A stretch of 64,000 nucleotides of DNA. It comes from Polaribacter sp. (GTDB taxonomy: Bacteria > Bacteroidota > Bacteroidia > Flavobacteriales > Flavobacteriaceae). Below, one piece after another: positions 1 through 7,017 of the stretch (within the stretch, counting starts at the first letter, position 1; every line of letters starts with the position of its first letter). The notes beneath the pieces were generated by a model that searched no databases, was not told the DNA's origin, and was given only the letters and a program-made list of their open reading frames with translations. The stretch is from assembly GCF_036480315.1 (NCBI RefSeq), contig NZ_JAZGGG010000020.1, forward strand, positions 42,443-106,442, read 5' to 3'. The position numbers were made by a program, and so were the translations under genes.

Positions 1-194
1 CAATTAGTCATTATTGGATGTTAGTTTATGGCATAAAATCGAAAAACCGTAAAGAAATCATTGGTCAGATTGTTCGAATTATTGCCTCTCTCCTATTTAC
101 TTTACTTTGGGTTCCTAAAGGAAATACTGGTGGTTCAGATGTTTCATCCATAAAATTAATGCCAATTAGAAAAGAATTGCAAAAATATTTTTAA
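1..194 (+). CDS. DUF3703-like protein, 3' part (truncated by window edge)
   Basis: Manual translation from nt 3: ISHYWMLVYGIKSKNRKEIIGQIVRII...VPKGNTGGSDVSSIKLMPIRKELQKYF*; the HxxML / E-x-x-GQ / GNTGG pattern is recalled as DUF3703. Confidence 0.7.
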   Translation, partial: ISHYWMLVYGIKSKNRKEIIGQIVRIIASLLFTLLWVPKGNTGGSDVSSIKLMPIRKELQKYF

Positions 195-252
195 ATTAAT
201 GCATCTTTTTAAAAGATTCTCTGTCTATTAAGTGAACATTAAAACTAATATT

Positions 253-357
253 ATGAAATATAAAAATGAGTGTACTTGTAATTGTGAAGGTTGTAAAACT
301 GGAGAATGCAAAAACTGTACTTGCGAAAGCTGTACTTGCAATAACTGTAGTTGTTAA
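253..357 (+). CDS. Metallothionein-like Cys-rich peptide (34 aa, 11 Cys)
   Basis: Manual translation MKYKNECTCNCEGCKTGECKNCTCESCTCNNCSC*; ATG preceded by A-rich Bacteroidetes-type initiation region; CxC/CxxC spacing; absent from ORF track (too short). Confidence 0.8.
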   Translation: MKYKNECTCNCEGCKTGECKNCTCESCTCNNCSC

Positions 358-372
358 CTAACAATTTTCTAT

Positions 373-418
373 CTAAACTTGTACAGTTTCTTTTTATAAG
401 ATACTGATACAAGTTTAG
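373..418. promoter_or_regulatory. Inverted repeat between the Cys-rich peptide and the sigma factor gene
   Basis: ctaaacttgta (373-383) / tacaagtttag (408-418), with inner cagt/actg pairing. Confidence 0.5.
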
Positions 419-441
419 TATAATGTATTTTTACAAATATT

Positions 442-981
442 ATGACCACAAAACAAGTTTGGACTTCCTATTCTGAAGATTTAAAACGCTTTATCATCAG
501 CAAAGTAAAAGATATTACAAATGCAGATGATATTTTGCAGGATACTTTTATTAAAATCCACACAAAGCTACATACCCTAAAAGATATTACAAAATTAAAA
601 TCTTGGTGTTTTACAGTAGCAAGAAATTCTATTTTAGATTACTGGAAATCTACGAATCAAACTTTTAAAATTGCTGATTTTGAAGCAGAAACTACAACAA
701 TAGAAAACCAACATACTGAACAAGATTGCCTACGTGGAATTCTTAAAAACTTACCAAAAAAATATAGAGACCCATTATTTCTTGCTGACATAAAAGGATT
801 AAAACAACAAGAAGTTGCTACACAACTAAAGCAGACATTACCAACTACAAAATCTCAAATTCAACGTGCAAGAAAATTGATTGCACAAGGTTTTATGGAT
901 TGTTGTGGGTATGTTTTAAATGATGAAGGAAACTTGGTTGGTGAAATTCAAGAAAAAGACGATTGCAAAGTTTGTAATTAA
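442..981 (+). CDS. sigZ: ECF RNA polymerase sigma factor, SigZ type
   Basis: Region 2 (ADDILQDTFIKIH, WCFTVARN), region 4 (LPKKYR...KSQIQRAR), C-terminal FMDCCG...DCKVCN. Confidence 0.85.
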   Translation: MTTKQVWTSYSEDLKRFIISKVKDITNADDILQDTFIKIHTKLHTLKDITKLKSWCFTVARNSILDYWKSTNQTFKIADFEAETTTIENQHTEQDCLRGILKNLPKKYRDPLFLADIKGLKQQEVATQLKQTLPTTKSQIQRARKLIAQGFMDCCGYVLNDEGNLVGEIQEKDDCKVCN

Positions 982-989
982 AAACAAAA

Positions 990-1027
990 TTTGATCAACT
1001 TAGAGAAAATCATCCAAGTTGATCAAA
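990..1027. terminator. Bidirectional intrinsic terminator
   Basis: tttgatcaactt / aagttgatcaaa inverted repeat between convergent genes. Confidence 0.7.
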
Positions 1028-1032
1028 AAATA

Positions 1033-1722
1033 TTATTCTTTTGATTCAGGTAAATGAATACCTTTTTTTAATAAAGTAAATCCCATTGCAAGTAACCAAA
1101 CTACTTTTACGTGAAATATTGGTTTGTAGATTTCAAAATTATCTGGAATTACTAAAATAATACCCATTGCTATTAGACCAAAAGTTGCTGTAAACCAACC
1201 CAACCAAGTACTTACAATGTTCCATTTTATAAAAGCGTAACCAAGTAATACTAAACCAACACCAGAGAAAATACGTCCAAAACGCACAAAACAAGTTACA
1301 TATTGATTGGTAGATAAAATACTATCCATAAAAACGGCTACTTCTGTAGCAGACATTCCAGCTGTTTTACCAACTCCCCAAGCACCAAAATTATAAAAAA
1401 ACGCATTAGCAATAGCTAGAGTAAAAGTTCCTACTACAACCATTCCAATACCAGGATATATAACAACGTTATAAGGTGCTCCTGAAGTTAGAGGCAATAA
1501 AGCAAACATAGAGATACCCATCGTTACCCATCCAAAAATATGAATACGATACATCCAAATCCAATACCAAACGTTTTCACCAACTTTAGCAAAATCTTCG
1601 GCAACAATATATTCTCCTATATGATGAGATGATAATGCCCAACCAAACCATAGTAATATTGCTGCTAAAATAAACGCCCAACCAGTAAAACTAGTTTCGA
1701 AATTTTTTTTCATTATTCTCAT
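1033..1722 (-). CDS. Hypothetical multi-pass membrane protein
   Basis: 229 aa, about 6 hydrophobic segments; no family recognised with confidence. Confidence 0.75.
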   Translation of the reverse strand: MRIMKKNFETSFTGWAFILAAILLWFGWALSSHHIGEYIVAEDFAKVGENVWYWIWMYRIHIFGWVTMGISMFALLPLTSGAPYNVVIYPGIGMVVVGTFTLAIANAFFYNFGAWGVGKTAGMSATEVAVFMDSILSTNQYVTCFVRFGRIFSGVGLVLLGYAFIKWNIVSTWLGWFTATFGLIAMGIILVIPDNFEIYKPIFHVKVVWLLAMGFTLLKKGIHLPESKE

Positions 1723-1843
1723 AATTTTGTTTTTTTTTAATTATGCAATATAAAAGTGTTTTTATGTAACTTTTGTTACGCAAGAAGAAAATTAGTAGAT
1801 GTATATTGTGAAATTATTAATTTAACTAAAACAAACTACCAAC

Positions 1844-3064
1844 TTGGATAGAAGATCATTTATAAAAAAAACTGTACTAAGCTCGTTTACAGCTCTTATA
1901 GGAACTGAAATTATCTTTGGCTCAAAAATTATTAATGGCTATACTCCTTTAGCAATCCAAGATCCAAATCCTTTTAAAATGTTCAATAAGAACAAGGGTA
2001 TGGTTGTTTTAAATGACAAACCTTGGAACATTGAGGCACAAGCGCATTTATTAGATGATAAGATTACTCCGAATTCATCAATGTTTATTAGAAATAACGG
2101 TAGAACTCCAGAGGAAATCAATCCAAAAACATGGACACTTACTATTGATGGAGAATCTGCTAAAAACAAAAAAACATATTCTTTAGAAGATTTAAAATCT
2201 AAATTTGAGCATCATACTTATCAATTAACTTTAGAATGTGGTGGTAATGGACGAGGTGAATTTGACCCACCAGCAAAAGGAAATCAATGGACTATTGGCG
2301 CTGTTCATTGTGCTTCTTGGACTGGAGTTCGTTTACGCGACGTATTAGAAGATGCAGGTATTAAAAGTGATGCTGTATATATTGGATACCATGCTGCTGA
2401 TACACATTTAAGTGGAGACCCATCAAAAGAGCCAATATCTAGAGGTTGTCCGATGCCAAAAGCACAACAAGATGAAACTCTATTAGCTTTCGGGATGAAT
2501 GGTAAAGATATTCCTTTAATACATGGTTACCCTTTACGATTAGTTGCTGGTGGTTGGCCAGCATCTGTATCAGGTAAATGGGTAAATAGAATTAGTATTC
2601 GAGACAAAGTGCATGATGGAACAAAAATGACAGGGACAGCATATAGAGTTCCTTGTAATCCAGTTGCTCCAGGGGAAAAAATAAAAGATGAAGACATGTG
2701 CATTATTGAATCGATGCCTGTTAAGTCTTTAATTACTTATCCAAAAACGGGTGCAACTATAAAAGAAGGAAAAACTTTATATATTAGAGGGCATGCTTGG
2801 GCAGGGGAATTAGAAGTTTCAAAAATGGAGTATTCAATAGACTTTGGTTCTACATGGAGCAATTGTTCTGTAGAAAAACCATCAAATCGTCTTGCTTGGC
2901 AACATTTTTCAGCGTCTATAAATTTTCCAAAAAAAGGATATTACGAAGTTTGGGTAAGAGCAACTGATACAAATAGCGTTGCTCAACCAATGCTTCTACC
3001 TGGTTGGAATCCTAAAGGATATTTAAATAATGCCTGTCATAGAATAGCAATAAAAGTTATTTAA
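1844..3064 (+). CDS. Sulfite oxidase family molybdopterin oxidoreductase (SorA/SoxC-like)
   Basis: Tat-like MDRRSFIKK, Mo-ligand ECGGNGR, HGYPLRL and GKW motifs, C-terminal dimerisation domain; TTG start. Confidence 0.92.
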   Translation: MDRRSFIKKTVLSSFTALIGTEIIFGSKIINGYTPLAIQDPNPFKMFNKNKGMVVLNDKPWNIEAQAHLLDDKITPNSSMFIRNNGRTPEEINPKTWTLTIDGESAKNKKTYSLEDLKSKFEHHTYQLTLECGGNGRGEFDPPAKGNQWTIGAVHCASWTGVRLRDVLEDAGIKSDAVYIGYHAADTHLSGDPSKEPISRGCPMPKAQQDETLLAFGMNGKDIPLIHGYPLRLVAGGWPASVSGKWVNRISIRDKVHDGTKMTGTAYRVPCNPVAPGEKIKDEDMCIIESMPVKSLITYPKTGATIKEGKTLYIRGHAWAGELEVSKMEYSIDFGSTWSNCSVEKPSNRLAWQHFSASINFPKKGYYEVWVRATDTNSVAQPMLLPGWNPKGYLNNACHRIAIKVI

Positions 3065-3537
3065 TGAGTAATCAAAAAGAGTTTCAAAAAAAGGTTAAAA
3101 AGGCAGAAAAAACAGCTTATTTCGCAATGTTTTTCGCTCTTATAGCTTCAGTATTACTTCTTTTTGCTGTATACAATCCTACGTTTTCAATTTTTGGAAA
3201 TGACAATTCTAATGTTGTTTATAGTGAGATAATTGAAGATAAAGTTGAAAACGGAATTCACTTAAGAACAGGTTTAATTGACGCTGAAGGTTTAATGACT
3301 GTAGTTAATAATTGTACAAATTGTCATTCAGCAAAGTTGGTTACCCAAAACAGAATGAATAAAGAACGCTGGAATGCAACAATAAAATGGATGCAAAAAA
3401 CCCAAGGTTTGTGGAACTTAGGTGAAAACCAAGAAAAAATTGTAAACTATTTAGTTACAAATTATCCAACTATTGCAAAAGGTAGGCGTTTAAAACTTGA
3501 AAACATTAACTGGTATACATTAGAAAATAAGAAATAA
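3064..3537 (+). CDS. Membrane-anchored monoheme cytochrome c (SorB-like)
   Basis: CTNCH heme motif, N-terminal TM helix, start overlaps the stop of the sulfite oxidase gene. Confidence 0.85.
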   Translation: MSNQKEFQKKVKKAEKTAYFAMFFALIASVLLLFAVYNPTFSIFGNDNSNVVYSEIIEDKVENGIHLRTGLIDAEGLMTVVNNCTNCHSAKLVTQNRMNKERWNATIKWMQKTQGLWNLGENQEKIVNYLVTNYPTIAKGRRLKLENINWYTLENKK

Positions 3538-3549
3538 GAAATAAGAAAA

Positions 3550-4425
3550 ATGAATAATTATTTAGATGCATTTGTAAATGCTTTTACAGGAACAGTAGAT
3601 TGGACATGGAAATCTATAATTTTTGATGTGCCTTGGTACACCAACTATTTTTGGGGACTTATTACTATTTCTTTGATCGTTTGGGTTTTAGAAATTGCCT
3701 TTCCATGGAGAAAAAACCAATCAATAATTAGAAAAGATTTTTGGCTAGATGCATTTTACATGTTTTTTAATTTCTTTATTTTCTCCATTGTTATTAGTGG
3801 GGTTTATGAAATTTTAGGTTTGTTTTTTGGCGAATTTAATATTACAGCAAAAAGTTTAGCGCTCTTTGATATTTCAGAATGGGCTCCGTGGTTACAATTA
3901 TTGGTCTTCTTTATAATTCTTGATTTTGTACAATGGTTTACACACGTATTATTACATAAATATAGTTTTCTATGGAGATTCCACAAAGTACACCACAGTG
4001 TAAAAGAAATGGGCTTTGCGGCACATTTAAGATATCACTGGATGGAAAATATCTTTTACAAACCTCTAAAAACTTTTGCAGTAATGCTAATTGGTGGTTT
4101 TGAACCTGAGCAAGCGTACATTGTTCACTTTATAACTATTGCAATCGGTCATCTTAATCATGCAAATATTAAAATTACTTGGGGCGTATTTAAATACCTT
4201 TTTAATAATCCAGTAATGCATTTATATCATCATGCATATGTTGTTCCTGAAGGAAGAAATGGTATGAATTACGGAATTAGCTTAAGTCTTTGGGATTATA
4301 TATTTAAAACAAATTACATTCCTGAAGATAGTGGAACTGTAGAAATTGGTTTTAAAGGTGATGATAAATTCCCTCAAGGTTTTATAGATCAAAATCTTTA
4401 TGGATTTAAAAAAGGTCAGGAATAA
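3550..4425 (+). CDS. Sterol desaturase / fatty acid hydroxylase family protein
   Basis: His boxes HVLLH, HKVHH, HLNH, HLYHH; TM segments. Confidence 0.9.
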   Translation: MNNYLDAFVNAFTGTVDWTWKSIIFDVPWYTNYFWGLITISLIVWVLEIAFPWRKNQSIIRKDFWLDAFYMFFNFFIFSIVISGVYEILGLFFGEFNITAKSLALFDISEWAPWLQLLVFFIILDFVQWFTHVLLHKYSFLWRFHKVHHSVKEMGFAAHLRYHWMENIFYKPLKTFAVMLIGGFEPEQAYIVHFITIAIGHLNHANIKITWGVFKYLFNNPVMHLYHHAYVVPEGRNGMNYGISLSLWDYIFKTNYIPEDSGTVEIGFKGDDKFPQGFIDQNLYGFKKGQE

Positions 4426-4453
4426 GTACGAAATATATTTTTTGAATTGAACA

Positions 4454-4499
4454 AATAAACCGTTTAAAATATCCTTTTGGGTTTTCTAAACGGTTTATT
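4454..4499 (+). terminator. Probable terminator hairpin after the sulfite oxidase operon
   Basis: aataaaccgttta / taaacggtttatt. Confidence 0.6.
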
Positions 4500-4590
4500 C
4501 ATTTACACCTATTAATTCTCTTTTTTTGTCACTCCAATAAAGTTTATACTCAACCTGGTTTGGCTAACAAAAATCCATTTTCATTACAAA

Positions 4591-4672
4591 TGTCATTTCG
4601 ACAGAATGAAATATGAATGACGAGAAATCTAATTTCAAAAGAGATTCTTTATCATACTTCTTCAGAATGACA
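4591..4672. repeat. TGTCA-tagged REP doublet / MITE-like element
   Basis: Termini TGTCATT...AATGACA, internal gagaaatct/agattc pairing; similar to 24851-24937. Confidence 0.7.
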
Positions 4673-4727
4673 ATCTAAACCCTTTTTTCACTTTAATTTA
4701 ATTACTTTTATCTTTTAAATATTTAAG

Positions 4728-5549
4728 GTGAAAAAGAAAACTCTTATCAGTAAAGAATTAGACGATTTTTACAACAAAGCTTCAGAAGAAACCAGGCTAG
4801 AAAAAGGAATGGGTATTTTTGAATTTGAACGTATAAAAGAACTCATTCAACAGCATATATCAAAACCAAACAGTACCATTATTGATGTTGGTGGTGGAAC
4901 AGGAAAATATTCTGAATGGTTAGCAAAAAATAATCATACAGTTCATTTAGTAGAACCAGTTTTAAAGCATATAAAACTTGCTGAAAAAAGAGCAAAAAAA
5001 CTAAAGAAACCTTTTTCTGTTGCTATTGGTGAAGCAACAAAGTTACCTTTTAAAGAGAATTCTGCAGATTTAGTAATTCTACACGGTCCTTTATATCATT
5101 TACAAAAAAGAGAAGATAGAATTGCAGCGATTGTTGAAGCGAAAAGAGTATTAAAAAAAGGCGGAATTATTTTAGGTTTCGCAATTAACGCAACTGCTTC
5201 TACTGTTGTTGGTTTAATGAATGGAATGATTCATGCCAACTCCTTTTTTGATATGTGTAAAGAAGAATTAACTACAGGTATTCATGATGCTCCAAAAGAC
5301 TTTCCTTTTTTATTAGCAGATGCTTTTTATCACAAACCAGAAGGGTTAAAGTCTGAATTTCTAGAGCAAAACCTCAACTTTATAAACCTTTTTGCAGTTG
5401 AAGGAATGATTTGGTTAGACAATGAATATTTTGCAAACATGATTCATAAGAAAAAATCGAAAACTTTAAAAGCGTTACAAACTCTTACTCAAAACGATGA
5501 GTATTTATTACCTTTTAGCCCACATATGATGATTGCAGTTAAGAAATAG
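4728..5549 (+). CDS. Class I SAM-dependent methyltransferase
   Basis: IIDVGGGTGKY motif I, GPLYHL; GTG start. Confidence 0.88.
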   Translation: MKKKTLISKELDDFYNKASEETRLEKGMGIFEFERIKELIQQHISKPNSTIIDVGGGTGKYSEWLAKNNHTVHLVEPVLKHIKLAEKRAKKLKKPFSVAIGEATKLPFKENSADLVILHGPLYHLQKREDRIAAIVEAKRVLKKGGIILGFAINATASTVVGLMNGMIHANSFFDMCKEELTTGIHDAPKDFPFLLADAFYHKPEGLKSEFLEQNLNFINLFAVEGMIWLDNEYFANMIHKKKSKTLKALQTLTQNDEYLLPFSPHMMIAVKK

Positions 5550-6991
5550 TGAAAGAAGTTAAACACAAAAATAACTATTGGAATGCTTGTTCAGACTGTA
5601 AAGGTATTGGCAAAAAAAAGCAACGTCTTCGAAAAAATGTTCGTTTAGAGTACCAAAAAGCATTAGATCTTTTTGAAAAATCAAATAGAAAAGGAATTGT
5701 CCCAATTAAACCAATTGGTAATTTACAAACTTGTACTAATTGTAAAGGAACAGGATTAATATTATCTACTTCTAAACCCAAAGTAAACAAAGAAAAATAT
5801 CCACACGTTGCAATTATTGGTGGTGGAATTGGTGGTGTTGCACTTGCCGTTGCTTGTTTACATCGTGGAATTCCTTTTACCCTTTTTGAAAGAGATGATA
5901 GTTTCAATGAAAGATCCCAAGGTTACGGGCTTACTTTACAACAAGCAAGTAAAGCTATGGCAAGTTTGGGAATTTTGTCTTTAGATAAAGGTGTAACCTC
6001 AACCAGACATGTAGTTAATAATACCGAAGGAGAAATTATTGGTGAATGGGGAATTAGAAAATGGGGAAGATCAAAAACCAAAGCAACACCAAAACACACA
6101 AACATACATATTGCAAGACAATCTTTACGTTTAGCTTTACTAGAAGAATTAGGAGAAAATGATTCTATAAAATGGGGACATCAATTATTAAGTTTTGATG
6201 AATCTAATAACGAAAGTATAGAACTGAAATTTCAAGTAAATAACGAAATAAAAATTACAAAAGCAAATCTTGTAGTTGGCGCAGATGGAATTAGAAGTAC
6301 AGTAAGAAAACAACTCATTGGTGAACAAATTTCTCCATTACAATATTTAGGTTGCATTGTAATTCTTGGCATTTGTGCTTTAAAGAACCTAAAAAATATT
6401 GAAAGTACTTTATTAGATTCTGCAACCGTTTTTCAAACTGCAAATGGTAATGAAAGAATCTACATGATGCCTTATGATACAGAAACTATTATGTGGCAAT
6501 TGAGTTTTCCTATTCCAGAAAACGAAGCAAAAGAATTGAATATTAAAGGCGTAAAAGCACTTAAAGAAGAAGCTGTAAAAAGAACTCAATGGCACAGTCC
6601 TATTCCTCATATTGTAGCAGCTACAGATGAAAATCAAATTTCTGGTTATCCTGTTTATGATAGAGAATTACTAAAATTAGAGCAACTTCAAAAAGGAAAT
6701 AAAATAACATTAATTGGAGATGCAGCTCATCCTATGAGTCCGTTTAAAGGTCAAGGTGCAAATCAAGCTTTGTTAGACGCATTATCTTTAGCTCGTGAAA
6801 TTACTATAGATTCTAAATGGCAAGAAACTGGAATAAGAGAAAGTATCTTAAATACTTTTGAAACAGAAATGATAACACGCAGTACTTCTAAAGTAAAAAG
6901 TTCTGCTGAAGCTGCAAAATTGTTACATTCTGAAATTGTATTGAAAAAAGGTAATGGTCCTAGAGGGAAATATCGAGAAGAAAAAAAATAA
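5549..6991 (+). CDS. FAD-dependent monooxygenase with N-terminal CxxCxGxG zinc-finger pair
   Basis: GGGIGG, GADG and GDAAHPMSPFKGQGAN motifs; CSDCKGIG and CTNCKGTG upstream of the Rossmann fold. Confidence 0.88.
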   Translation: MKEVKHKNNYWNACSDCKGIGKKKQRLRKNVRLEYQKALDLFEKSNRKGIVPIKPIGNLQTCTNCKGTGLILSTSKPKVNKEKYPHVAIIGGGIGGVALAVACLHRGIPFTLFERDDSFNERSQGYGLTLQQASKAMASLGILSLDKGVTSTRHVVNNTEGEIIGEWGIRKWGRSKTKATPKHTNIHIARQSLRLALLEELGENDSIKWGHQLLSFDESNNESIELKFQVNNEIKITKANLVVGADGIRSTVRKQLIGEQISPLQYLGCIVILGICALKNLKNIESTLLDSATVFQTANGNERIYMMPYDTETIMWQLSFPIPENEAKELNIKGVKALKEEAVKRTQWHSPIPHIVAATDENQISGYPVYDRELLKLEQLQKGNKITLIGDAAHPMSPFKGQGANQALLDALSLAREITIDSKWQETGIRESILNTFETEMITRSTSKVKSSAEAAKLLHSEIVLKKGNGPRGKYREEKK

Positions 6992-7017
6992 ATTCCAAGT
7001 CTTTAGTTAAATTAAAC

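Noticed and set aside
1939-2169. Antisense and shadow ORFs of the six-frame track (e.g. 1939-2169, 5575-5907, 7034-7303, 32917-33198, 34781-35089, 36814-37161, 40760-41062, 58974-59422)
   Set aside because: They lie wholly opposite well-supported genes and show no motifs; such ORFs are expected by-products of codon bias
3525-3545. (aaataag)3 tandem at the cytochrome c stop
   Set aside because: Short low-complexity repeat spanning a stop codon and initiation region, with no frame effect
5549-6991. Calling the monooxygenase TetX
   Set aside because: It shares only general group A flavin monooxygenase motifs and has a different N-terminal architecture
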